From contig NC_057719.1 in assembly GCF_004010195.1 (NCBI RefSeq), positions 86,323,637-86,365,254 of the forward strand: DNA of 41,618 nt, given 5' to 3'. Both the position numbers and the translations under genes were made by a program. Of this stretch, positions 1 through 11,236 are shown one piece after another (the stretch's first letter is position 1; each line of letters opens with the position of its first letter). The notes below the pieces were generated by a model, which was not told the origin of the DNA, did no database searches, and saw only the letters and a program-made list of their open reading frames with translations. The stretch comes from Chiloscyllium plagiosum. Lineage: Eukaryota.

Positions 1-268
1 CATTTCGGACAGAGATGAGGAGAAACTTCTTCACCCAGAGAGTGGTGGCTGTGTGGAATGCTCTGCCCCAGAGGGCAGTGGAGGCCCAGTCTCTGGATTC
101 ATTTAAGAAAGAGTTGGATAGAGCTCTCAAAGATAGTGGAATCAAGGGTTATGGAGATAAGGCAGGAAGAGCATACTGATTAGGAATGATCAGCCATGAT
201 CATATTGAATGGCGGTGCAGGCTTGAAGGGCTGAATGGCCTACTCCTGAACCTATTGTCTGATGTCTA
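1..268 (+). mobile_element. CR1 LINE 3' end
   Basis: Encodes FRTEMRRNFFTQRVVAVWNALP, the CR1 ORF2 C-terminus, plus the 3' UTR. Confidence 0.9.
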
Positions 269-279
269 AGTGGCTTGCG

Positions 280-575
280 TGGCATTCAGGGAATGGTTAA
301 GAGTCAAACCAATTTCTGTGTGTCTGGAGTCAATTTAGCCAGAGCAGGTAAGTACAGCAGATTTTCTTCCCTAAAAGATATTAGTGAATGAAATCGGTAT
401 TTATAGCAATTGACTGTGGTTGCATAATAGCCATTTGAGTAGTTTTTTTAACACCAGATTTTTGTTGTTGTTTCAAATTTTACCATCTCCTATGTGAGGT
501 GTCTAACAGAGGACATTAGTCTGGATCTTTGGATAACTAGTGCAGTGACATTGCCACTACACCACTGCCTTCTCA
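280..575 (-). mobile_element. tRNA-like SINE, second family (related copies at ~12270-12545 -, ~21025-21410 -, ~35860-36195 +)
   Basis: Minus strand begins ggcagtggtgtagtggcaatgtcactg. The four copies are mutually similar (aagagtcaacca...tgtgggtctggagtca...). Confidence 0.65.
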
Positions 576-1114
576 CAGTTTTAGAGATAGAAACTGGGTA
601 TAAAAATAGGCAGTCTAGGAAATATGACAAATGGTGTTCCTCAGGGATCTGTTCTGGACATCATTAACTCTTCGTATTGACCATGACTTGGATGATATAG
701 TAGAGACTGAATATCCATGTTATCAAGTGAGGGACAGTAAATAGTCCATGTGGGATCAGGAAATTTCAGAGGGATGTTGATTTGATCAAATGAGTCGCAA
801 CATTATAGCGAAACACAAGATTGTCCATCTTGCTCTCAAGACAGAGAAATGCTATAATTTTCTGAATGTTGAGAAACTTTATACAAATAAAGGTATTTAA
901 GAGTTCAAGCTCTCAAATCACTAAAACCAGATGGACGTTTATAAAAAGGCACTCTGTCAGCCTTTCCTCAAAAAGGAATATAAAGGCACAGAGGTGATGT
1001 TTCAGTTGTGTAGAGTCTTGTCCGTTTTCGACACCAGATGCCAGGAAGGAACAAGGTGATGCCAGTACTTTGCAGAATAAATTTTAGTAATGATACATGC
1101 ATTTTGTTTGTGTA

Positions 1115-1328
1115 CAGGTTGTTCTGCTATAACACACGTTTTGTTAACGCGAATTCACTGTAATGTGATTGATGAAGTGGGACACTTCCTAACACGCAAA
1201 TTTTAAAATGTGTGTTGACTGTAATGCGATTTTTATATCCGCTTTTAAGTGCTGTTCCTAAAGCACGATTTTTCTGTAATATGGGGTTGTGCAAGAATGC
1301 AACCATCACATTATATAAGAACTGCTTG
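1115..1328. mobile_element. Tc1/mariner-pogo (Tigger-like) MITE
   Basis: TA|CAGGTTGTTCTGCTATAAC ... ATTATATAAGAACTGCTTG|TA: imperfect terminal inverted repeats with a TA duplication. Confidence 0.7.
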
Positions 1329-1902
1329 TATTGAAGATTGAGTACTGATTTGATGAAAGTGTTTAAAAAGTTCAAAAATTTGATGAGATTGAGGAAGGGA
1401 AGCTATTTCTTCCATCAAGGAAATCATGAACAAGGGAAACATTTTACAAGTAAAGCTAGGCTGTTGGGACCAAACTCAATGAGAACCTTTCATGCAATGG
1501 GAAGTGGAAATTTAAAATTAGTTCTTTCTGCTGTCCTCCCTAACCATCTGTCATTGCTGTTAATGCTGTGGACAGTTCGTTCCATTTCAAGACCGAGTTA
1601 GATTTTTTTCATTAGGTTTTCTGGAGGATAGGAGGGAAAAATTAAGTTTTAAGTAAAGTCATGGCTCCATGCATCCTCATTACATTATAAGAACAACTTT
1701 GTTTTAAATAGTATAACATATCTTCACAGTGGAACTTTTTAATCCACCAGTTGTGGGGCAGAATAAATGTGGGAGCAAAATACTTTTCGTGGCACTATTT
1801 AAAATATAATTTGGAAGCAAAAGAACCATGATGAAGTCTGTCTCTTTCAGCCTCTGCCAGTGCTCTGACAATCGAATAGGAAGTAGCACTATATTTTGCA
1901 CA

Positions 1903-2747
1903 GGTAAAAACAATGACTGCAGATGCTGGAAATCAGATTCTGGATTAGTGGTGCTGGAAGAGCACAGCAGTTCAGGCAGCATCCGAGGAGCAGTAAAATC
2001 AACGTTTCGGGCAAAAGCCCTTCATCAGGAATACAGGCAGAGAACCTGAAGGGTGGAGAGATAAGNNNNNNNNNNNNNNNNNNNNNNNNNNNNNNNNNNN
2101 NNNNNNNNNNNNNNNNNNNNNNNNNNNNNNNNNNNNNNNNNNNNNNNNNNNNNNNNNNNNNNNNNNNNNNNNNNNNNNNNNNNNNNNNNNNNNNNNNNNN
2201 NNNNNNNNNNNNNNNNNNNNNNNNNNNNNNNNNNNNNNNNNNNNNNNNNNNNNNNNNNNNNNNNNNNNNNNNNNNNNNNNNNNNNNNNNNNNNNNNNNNN
2301 NNNNNNNNNNNNNNNNNNNNNNNNNNNNNNNNNNNNNNNNNNNNNNNNNNNNNNNNNNNNNNNNNNNNNNNNNNNNNNNNNNNNNNNNNNNNNNNNNNNN
2401 NNNNNNNNNNNNNNNNNNNNNNNNNNNNNNNNNNNNNNNNNNNNNNNNNNNNNNNNNNNNNNNNNNNNNNNNNNNNNNNNNNNNNNNNNNNNNNNNNNNN
2501 NNNNNNNNNNNNNNNNNNNNNNNNNNNNNNNNNNNNNNNNNNNNNNNNNNNNNNNNNNNNNNNNNNNNNNNNNNNNNCCCACTCACCTATTGTACTCTAT
2601 GCTACTTTCTCCCCACCCCCACCCTCCTCCACCCTTCTGGCTCTCTGCCTGTATTCCTGATGATGGGCTTTTGCCCGAAATGTTGATTTTACTGCTCCTC
2701 GGATGCTGCCTGAACTGCTGTGCTCTTCCAGCACCACTAATCCAGAA
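1903..2747. mobile_element. Penelope-like retroelement ends in inverted orientation around the gap, with hammerhead-like motifs
   Basis: ~1938-2045 is the reverse complement of ~2640-2747. The same sequence at 41171 onward is contiguous with GIY-YIG-type coding sequence. CTGATGA-stem-GAAA motif present. Confidence 0.8.
2066..2577. other. Assembly gap (N run)
   Basis: Run of n, flanked by inverted copies of the same repeat. Confidence 1.
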
Positions 2748-2861
2748 ACTGTACTTTGTATGGCTGGTGAACATGCTGCTGGTCTCAAATACCAGCACAG
2801 CTACGCAGAGCTGCAAGTACAAAAGAAGCTTTCTCTATATTACATTTTATCACATCTTAAC

Positions 2862-3275
2862 GATGTTGGTTCGTGGGAGCACTCTTAGTTGCGTGTTAGA
2901 GAGTGGTGGGTTCATGTCCCAATATAGAGTCTTTAATATAAAGCCAGTACTTTGCCTGTCAGAGACATTATATTTTAGATAAATTGACTAACCTGAGGAC
3001 TGTTTGTCCTCTTTTAAAAAAAAAAATCCCATGGCACTACTTTGAAGAATAGGGTGTTCTCTCTGGTGTCCAGATCAATGTTTATCCATCACATAAGTTA
3101 CCAAAAAATTATATTGCCATGTTATTATCACAACTCTGTTCTTGAGATGCTTGCTGTGTGCAATACAGCTGCTGCACTTCAGTACATGAAAACACTCTGC
3201 AGCTGTTGAATTGCTTTTAATGTACTTTAGAATATCTGGAAATCATGAATGATGTAATGTTTCAAAGTCTTTTCC
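2862..3275 (+). mobile_element. DeuSINE-like (SacSINE1/AmnSINE1-related) old SINE
   Basis: atcccatggcactactttgaagaa.agggtgttctc.ctggtgtcc..gatcaat...gcttgctgtgtgcaa resembles the recalled Deu-domain consensus. Confidence 0.65.
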
Positions 3276-3498
3276 GTCCATTTTTACATTGCTCATAGCA
3301 GAGGTAATTTTCCCTTCATATGAAGGCATTTCTTTCCTTTCCTCCTGAGTTTGTCACCATTGCCATTCAAGTTCCTACCCACCTCTTTCTGTCACAGCAC
3401 TTTGCTGCCCCACCATCTCCACCCATTCCCTAACTATTCCCAAGAAAATGCAGAAAATGTCAATTACTTATATATTTCAATATTTCAATTCATTGCAG

Positions 3499-3615
3499 GA
3501 TGGGCAAAATATCGTTTACTTTGAAAATAATCGTGAAGTTCATGATGGATGGTCGGGAAGCTATGCACAGAATTCTATTGTTGTTGACAACTGCACAGAG
3601 CTCTTGAAGCCACAG
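3499..3615 (+). CDS. TMEM87A: TMEM87A internal coding exon (luminal GOLD domain), DGQNIVYFENNREVHDGWSGSYAQNSIVVDNCTELLKPQ
   Basis: ttgcag| acceptor, |gtaatg donor, 117 nt, phase 0/0. The G.SG.Y....NC.EL.K.Q pattern resembles the vertebrate TMEM87A luminal region (recalled human GLSGKY...NCSELFKTQ). Confidence 0.85.
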
Positions 3616-4118
3616 GTAATGAGGGTGGCATTAGGAATTCTGCTGTGTCTGTGTGTGTGTGGATACCATTGGCTGTGATGGATTCTGTACCATTATGTGG
3701 GGAGGGAGGTTTGGTAAGTTGTGGGGAGGGGGCACGATTCTGTAGGTTCGGTGTGGGGAGAGGGCTATTGTGTAGTCTGTGTACGTACACATGGGTGAGG
3801 AGATTGAATGGATTCTGTAGACTGGAGAAAGAGGGAGCTGTAACATAAGGATGGTCTTTCACGCTGGCAAATTGTGTAACTGATTAAAATCATCTTTGAA
3901 CTAAAACGTTGAGGGAAGAATTCATATTAAGGGGATTTAGAAAGTTGGGGGAAAAGGACAAAGTGATTGTTTTGCTTAGCAACATGGCGAGGTTTATGAG
4001 AAAGGAGCAGAGGAAACATGAGGACACTGGCAAACAAGAGAAAAATGTTAAGAGAATGAAAGACTTGCTATCTGAATACAAATAATATTTGCAGCACGTT
4101 TGATGAATTGAGCAAAAC

Positions 4119-4465
4119 TTGGGTGGCTTGGTGGTTAGCACTACTGCCTCACAGCACCAGGGACCCTGATTCGGTTCTGCCCTCTGGCGACAGTCTTGAG
4201 TTTGCACGTTCTCCCTGTGTGCGTGTGGCTTTCTGCCGGGTACTCTGGTTCCTCCCACAGTCCAAAGATGTGCAAGTTAGGTGGGGGATTGACTGTGCTA
4301 AATTACCCATAATGTTCAGGAATGTATAGGTTAGGTGCATTAGCCATGGGAAGTGCAGGGTTACAAAGACAGGGTCGGGGGATGGGTCCAGGTGAAATGC
4401 TCTTTGGAGGGTTGGTGTGGACTTGTTGGGCCGAATCGCCTGTTTCCACACTGTAGGAATTCTAA
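4119..4465 (+). mobile_element. HE1-like tRNA-derived V-SINE
   Basis: ggtggct..gtggttagcactactgcctcacagc head, V-domain (gagtttgcacgttctccc...ttcctcccacagtccaaagatgtgc), CR1-like tail ggcctgtttccacactgtagg. Confidence 0.85.
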
Positions 4466-5271
4466 GGAGAAATATATCTGCAGGATATGATGGGGATACA
4501 AAGATGTGCTGGCAAGATGATAAAAATTGAATATTCAATGGTGTTTGCTATTTTGGAAATATTATAAGTAAGGTAAAGGAGGTGGTGTAGCTCTCTTAAC
4601 AAAGGATGAGATCTGTTTTGTCGTGAGAAAAATTCTTGACTCAGAAGATCAAGATGCAGAGATAGGAAACAGCAACTGAAACTTCTGACTGGTGGGAATA
4701 GTCTATTGACCTTTTAACAGTAGGTACGGTGTGGAACTGAGAATAAATCAAGGACTAATGTGAGTTTGTAACAAAGGTACTGCAATAACATGGGTGATTT
4801 TAGTCTCCATATAGAAGGTATCTTGAGGGTTAGCTTGTAGAATGTATTCAAGGCAGTTTCTTAGAACACATGTTCTGGAACTAATTTAGGAACAGGCTGT
4901 TTTAGGCCTGGTAATGTGTAAAAGCAGGATTAATTTGTGATCTCATAATAAAGGATCCTATTGGATAGAGGCATCTTCACATGATAACAAACTTCACATT
5001 TATTTTGAGGGTGAGAAATTTAATTCCTTTTTTGGGCTACTGCTGCTAATTTGATTTTCCCAGTTTAAATATTGATTCAAGTCACCCACGATTATTGCCT
5101 TACCTTTTACACAAGTTGCTGGGTTTTTTTTGTTTACTTTGTCCAGTATTGTGATTACTGTTATGGGGTTAGTAGACCATTCCAACTTGTGACTTTTTTT
5201 TCCCCTGCTATTCCTTACTTTCACTCAAACAGATTGTACACATTGATCTCCTGAATCAAGGTCATCTCTAA

Positions 5272-5879
5272 TTGTACAAGCATTGAGTACAGGAATTGGG
5301 AGGTCATGTTGTGACTGGACAGGACATTGGTTAGGCCACTTTTGGAACATTGTATGCACTTCTGGTCTCCCTCCAATAGGAAGGATGTTGTGAAACTTGA
5401 AAGGGTTCAGAAAAGATTTACAAGGATGTTGCCAAGGTTGGAGGGTTTGAGCTACAGGGAGAGGCTAAATAGGCTGGGGCTGTTTTCCCTGGAGCGTCGA
5501 AGATTGAGGGGTGACCTTATAGAGTTTATAAAATCATGAGGGGCATGGCTAGGGTAAACAGATAAGGACCTTTCCCTGTGTTGGGGGAGCCTAGAAATAG
5601 AGAGTATAGGTTTAGGGTGAGAGGGGAAAGATATAAAAGGGACCTATGGGGCAATCTTTTCACACAAAGGGTGGTGCATGGAATGAGCTGCCAGAGGAAG
5701 TAGTGGAGGCTGATACAATTACATCATTTAAAAGGCATCTGGATGGGTAGATGAATAGGAAGGGTTGGGAGGGATATGGGCCAAGTGCTGGCAAATGGGA
5801 CTAGATTAATTCAGGATATCTGGTTGGCATGGATGAGTTGCACGGAAGGGTCTGTTTCTGTGCTGTACATCTCTATGAC
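5272..5879 (+). mobile_element. CR1 LINE 3' fragment
   Basis: LVRPLLEHC..FWSP....DVVKLERVQKRFTRMLP.LEGLSYRERL..LGLFSLERRRLRGDLIE. Confidence 0.92.
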
Positions 5880-6639
5880 CCCAAGTACCATCCTTGGTTA
5901 ACATTGCTCCTCCTCCATCTTTACCTATTCATCTTGAATGCGGTATGCTCCTCATTATTCATGATCCACCCTCCAGCCATATTTCAGTAATGGGTGTCAG
6001 ATCATACTTATTTACTTCAATGTGCACTATCCGTTTGTTTGAGTGCGATATTCATTCAGAGTTTTGTCTTTGTATGATACTTATAGCATTTAGTCTTGCC
6101 CGTCCGTGTGTACTCTTACTTTTCTTTCTCTCTTTTTGACTTTCATTTCCTATATCTTATTATTTGCCTCTCTCTTACTATGTCCCTACTCTTTGATATT
6201 CCACATCTTTCCACATTTGATTCCTGATCCCTGACCACCACTATTAGTTTAAAATCCTCTCTATTTTCGTAGTATGAAGTTCATAAGAAGAGCAGCCCCA
6301 GTTTCAGGTTTAGACAGTCCTTTATAGTACAAATTGCATTTATCAAATTGCAAGCCCCAAGAACCAAAACCTATCTAAGGTTGCCCTGGCAAGTGGCAGG
6401 CAACCAACGAAGTTGTCTCGACTCTAGTTCTTTGCCACAGAGAATGATACTTAACCCTACTACCATCATTTCCCTATTTCACACTCTATTTCAGTGGTCT
6501 CCTTTGCCATGGTCACTTTCCTCATCCAGCTTGCAGGTGCTGTTCTCTTAAAACAATCTGCTAGGACCTCAACCCTGATAACCTTGCCCTCTGTGTCCCC
6601 TTATCTGCCTCACTCGCAGTCATGCCATCTTGTCCCTGA

Positions 6640-7282
6640 CAGAAGGCATAGGGTATGTTGGTCTTCAGTCGTAAGAAGGTTCAAGTACAAGAGCAGGGAT
6701 GTCTTGCTGCATTGTACAGGCCTTGCTGAGACCACACCTGGATTATTGTCTGCAGTTTTGGACTCCTTATCTCAGGAAGATGCTCTTGATATTGAGGGAG
6801 TCCAAAGGAGTTTTACCAGACTGATTCCTGGGGTGGTGAGTTCAATGTATGAAGAGAGACTGGATGAGTTGTCTTTATTCATTAGATTTTAGAAGAACGA
6901 GAGGGATCCCCATAGAAACCTATAAAATTCTGAAAGCGCTAGGCAGGGTAAATGCAGGAAGGATGTTCCTGACGACCAGGGAGTCCAGAACCAGGAGTCA
7001 CAGTCTAAGGATATGGGGTAGGTCATTTAGGGCTGAGATGAGGAAAACTTTCTTCACCCAGAGAGTGGCGAGACTGTGAAATTCTGTGTCACAGAAAGCA
7101 ATTGAGGTAAAAGCATTGAATGTTTTCATGATGGAGCAATACATATGTCCTTGCACTTGAGGGATTGAAAGGTTTGGAGCAGAAGCGGGAACAAAGTACT
7201 GACTTGGGTGATCAGCCATGATCATATCAAATGGGCTATAAATGGCCTACTCCTGTTACTATTCTCGATGCTTTTATGACTA
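6640..7282 (+). mobile_element. CR1 LINE 3' fragment (degenerate)
   Basis: IEGVQRSFTRLIPG, ETYKIL and FFTQRV motifs with frameshifts. Confidence 0.88.
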
Positions 7283-8404
7283 CTGATCAATTTAGAAGAT
7301 CTTGTCCTCCGGTTGTGACTGCTTCTAGGAATAAACTTCCCAGTTAACATCCCTCTCCCTAATGCATTATTGTCTGGTTCAACAGCCAGCTCATAAACCT
7401 AGAAACAGAGAAGATCGGAGTCTGTAATTCGACTTCTCGAGCTGCTCTGCCTTTAAGTATGATTCAGTCATGGGGCTGGATATCCTAATTCTACATTTCC
7501 AACCCCCCCACCGCCTATCCCTTGTGCTACAAAAGCCATATGAACCTCCTTCTTTAAAACAGTACATTATAAACAACAAGTAACAATTTTAATTATTTAA
7601 TCCTAACAGTAAGCAAATTGCCAGAACTACTAACAAGTAGTAACAACTACCAAACAATTCCCCCCAGACCACTAACGATTCCCTAACTGAACCAAATTCG
7701 ATTAGTATGCTGTTCCAATAAATACAAGTCTGACTTACAAACCCAAGTGATAAGAAATCTAAATTAAAACTTAGACTCTCAAAGTCCATACAGGGTGTGT
7801 CTACCAGAATGTTCTACTTTCTGCGCTATCTCTCTAGTCAGGAACATTTTTCTTTGTGACCCTTCTGTCAGGGATGTTTTTTCTGTGAATTCTTCCATTT
7901 GGACTCTTAACTAGAAGTGCTGTGGTACCCTTTATGGATGGATGGTGCTTTCTTTGAGAGTTTACAGATTTCTGAGAGCTCGATATTCATTCCTCTGATG
8001 GCAGTTACTCTGCCTGATTTCCAAAAATGCTGTGCTTAAATATCTTGGATGACATATCAATTTTCTTACAATAAAATTCGGCCGAGATTGTCAAAAGCAT
8101 CAGATTTAAATTCAGTTGCTTTTCAGTTACAAAGTGCTTGGTTTAAATTAATTGGCTGAATTCAAGATAGTTGCCAAAGCATCAAAATAAGCCTAAGGTT
8201 TACAGTCTCACAGCCAACTGATCCATGTTTCAATCTTAGAACTATCTGTACATTTTCAGCTGCTTACAGACACATTTTCTGCTTAAATCTCCAAGCTTAG
8301 AAAAGTTCTACCTCTTAAAGGAGCCATACACCCGTCCTTCCTATCATTTTTACAAACAAATTCTAGTTTCCTGCCTTCCACTACATGAGTACTCTACAAA
8401 ACTT

Positions 8405-8890
8405 TGTAACAACACTCTTCTTCAAATATGGAGACCAAAACAGTACACACTCTTCCAGGTGTGGCTGTACTAATGCCCTGTATAAGTGCAACAAGACATC
8501 TTTTGTTTTGCACTCTCATCTTCTCAATACTAAGGCCAAAATGCAGTTTGCCACCTTTACTGCACCTGCACACTTACTATGAACAACTGGTGCACAGGGA
8601 CACCCAGGTCTTGTTGCACATTCGCCTCTCTGTTTTCAGCAATTCAAACAATTATCTGCTTTCCTGATTTTCCTACCAAAGTAGATTACCTCAAATTTAT
8701 CCATATGTTTCGCATCTGTCATGTATTTGCCCACTCAGTCTGTCCAAATCTCACAGTTCACACCACTGCATCATCTTCACATTTCACTCTGCTTCATGTC
8801 ATCTGCAAGCTGAGGTCAGTTTCCTCATCTAAATCATTAACATATATCATGAATAGCTGGGGTCCTAGCGCTGATCTCTGTGGTACCCCA
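8405..8890 (-). mobile_element. CR1 LINE RT-region fragment (degenerate)
   Basis: Minus strand shows gggtaccacagagatcagcgctaggacccc (GVPQGS.LGP-like) and FADD-like sequence. Confidence 0.75.
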
Positions 8891-9188
8891 TCCCTATGGC
8901 CATGTCACTGTAATCCTAACAATACCCTACCGGGTTTACATCTATTTGCGCAACTAATTCATCTACTTTATTTCAAATGCTGCATATGTCTGGCACAAAG
9001 CCTTTAAGACTTGTCTTTTTAAACTGCGAGCATTAGCTGCTCAAACTTCAAAGACTTCCTGAAGGCATGCTTGTTCTAAATCACAAGGGAATCCAGATGC
9101 ATTCATTTGCTACTGACATTACCTGAGCAGGCATCTTAATATTTATCAGCTAGTCAACACACAGCTGCATCCTTAACCTGTAAGAATA

Positions 9189-9521
9189 TGGGCAGCATGG
9201 TGGGACAGAGATGACCACAGCTGCCTCATAGCACAGAGACCCAGCTTTGACTTCAGCCTTGGGTGACTGGCTGTGTGGAGTTTGCACATGCTCCCTTAGC
9301 TTTCCTCCAGATGCTTCGGTTTCCTCCACAGTCCAAATATGTGCAGGTTTAGATGGGTTGGCCATGCTAAGTTGACCCACAAGTGTTCAGGGATGTGCAG
9401 GCTAAGTGCGTTAACTATGGTAAATGTGGGGTTACACAGGTAGGCATGGGAATGCTCTTTGGAAGGTTGGTGAAGAATTGATGGGCCAAATGACATCTAT
9501 CTGTACTGTAGATGATTCTAT
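9189..9521 (+). mobile_element. HE1-like V-SINE (diverged)
   Basis: Same head, V-domain and tail as 4119-4465. Confidence 0.8.
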
Positions 9522-9579
9522 GAACTAAGACCAGTAGTAGGTAATTCAGCCCCTTGAGCCAGGTATGCCATTTAATATG

Positions 9580-9761
9580 CTGAAAATGAGTTGCTGGAAA
9601 AGCGCAGCAGGTCAGGCAGCATCCAAGGAGCAGGAGAATCGACGTTTTGGGCATGAGCCCTTCTTCAGGAATGCAGTCCTTACTTTCTCCTCTGATCTCC
9701 AGCATCTGCAGTCCTCACTTTCTCCTGATCTCCAGCCTCTGCAGTCCTCACTTTCTCCTCC
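9580..9761. mobile_element. Short rearranged Penelope-like insertion with 15-bp target-site duplication
   Basis: Flanked by ATGCCATTTAATATG at 9565-9579 and 9762-9776. A minus-strand hammerhead-like segment is followed by three plus-strand tail repeats (tgcagtcctcactttctcc). Confidence 0.8.
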
Positions 9762-9871
9762 ATGCCATTTAATATGATCATGACTGGCCTCCTCTCAGCC
9801 TCAACTCCACTTTGCTGCTATTTCTCTCGAACATTTCAACTCGCTATGCATGAAAACCCTGTCGTCTCTTC

Positions 9872-10145
9872 CTTACTGCTGCCTCACAGCGCCAGAGACC
9901 TGGGTTCAATTCCCACCTCAGGTCTGTGTGGAATTTGCACATTCTCCCCGTGTCTGCGTGGGTTTCCTCCGGGTGCTCCAGTTTCCTCCCACAATCCAAA
10001 AATGTGCAGGTTAGGTGAATTGGCCATGCTAAATTGCCCATAGTGTTAGGTGAAGGGGTCTGGGTGGGTTGCGCTTCGGCGGGTCGGTGTGGACTTGTTG
10101 GGCCGAAGGGCCTGTTTCCACACTGTAAGTAATCTAATCTAATCT
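9872..10145 (+). mobile_element. HE1-like V-SINE, 5'-truncated, with (AATCT)n tail
   Basis: B-box-like gggttcaattccc, V-domain, and terminal aatct repeats. Confidence 0.85.
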
Positions 10146-11185
10146 TAAATCAATTCAGTGTGTTGGCATCCACCACATTCGGGGCTAATGAATTCCACAG
10201 ATTCACATCCCCTTTGAGAGAAGTATTTTCTTCTCGCCTCTGTTTCAAATCTGCTACAGCTTAGCCTAAATCTATGACCTCTCATTCTAGATTGCCCCAC
10301 ATGAGGAAGCATCTGCAGTAGAGCTAGACCAATTAGTATAGGCAAGAAGGTTAGAAAAGCAAAAACAAACCAATAGTCACTCCTTCCCCAGCCTAACTCA
10401 GAAAATCAGATCAGGATTTGCCCTTTAATCTTGTTCCGCTATTCAATATGATCATGGCTGATCATCCAACTCAGTACCCTTTTTCCCTATACTCTTTGAT
10501 CTCTTTAGTCCTAGGAACTATATCTATCTTCTTCTTGAAAACATTGTGTTTTGGCTTTAACTGCTTGCTGTGGCAGATAGAACTCCATGCTGAGCAAGCT
10601 GTCAAGTTTCCACTCGCTTTCCTTACTGCACTCATTTGCCTCCCAACAGATGTAACTGCTTGATTCAATAAAGCACTGTACATTCTGGCAAACTGGAGTT
10701 CTTTGCGGCCTTGTGCTGCTGCAGTCAACTCCACCCACATAGTCCCAGTCCCAGTGCTTGGACTTTGGATATCAGCTCCTGGTAAAAGGCCCTGCCCCAG
10801 TGAGTCCTTCAACATCTGCATTGATATTCCTAACTGCTTGCTGCTCTTTCACTCTCAGGCTGTTTCTTTGCTGAGTGTTTTGCAGATAGGCAGACAAGTG
10901 AACCTATTAGCATGTGTGGGAAAGACCCAGTTTGTGATTGAAGGAATAACAACCTCACCATTTCCAGCCATTCCCTCTATGGAGGGTGACTTTCCTCTGA
11001 TGGGTCACTTCCATGAGTGATTTTTTACACAAGTCTAGGTACTTTCTTGGACAAATCCACCCACTGCCTATATTTAGAATGATGGCTCACAGTACTTGTC
11101 TAACCTGGGCTTTGAGTTACTGAATCATAACTTATGTCCCCTTGCAAATTATTTTCAAGGTAATGATGTCATTTATTTTTCTTAG

Positions 11186-11236
11186 TTGTACCAGCCATCT
11201 GTAATCCATGTGAAGAAATTGGAGCCCCTGAAAGAG
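11186..11236 (+). CDS. TMEM87A: TMEM87A small coding exon, LYQPSVIHVKKLEPLKE
   Basis: tttatttttcttag| acceptor, perfect |gtgagt donor, 51 nt open frame, phase 0/0. Size and position fit the short variable exon of TMEM87A, but protein similarity is weak. Confidence 0.7.

Noticed and set aside
4119..4200. tRNA gene
   Set aside because: It is the tRNA-derived head of a SINE. It runs into the V-domain and does not form a full cloverleaf.
7522..8385. Possible solo LTR (TG...CA, AT-rich)
   Set aside because: No target-site duplication and no second copy in the window, so it cannot be supported without a repeat library.
9672..9760. Short direct repeats resembling a CRISPR array
   Set aside because: Vertebrate DNA, no unique spacers and no cas genes. 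The repeats are retroelement tail units.
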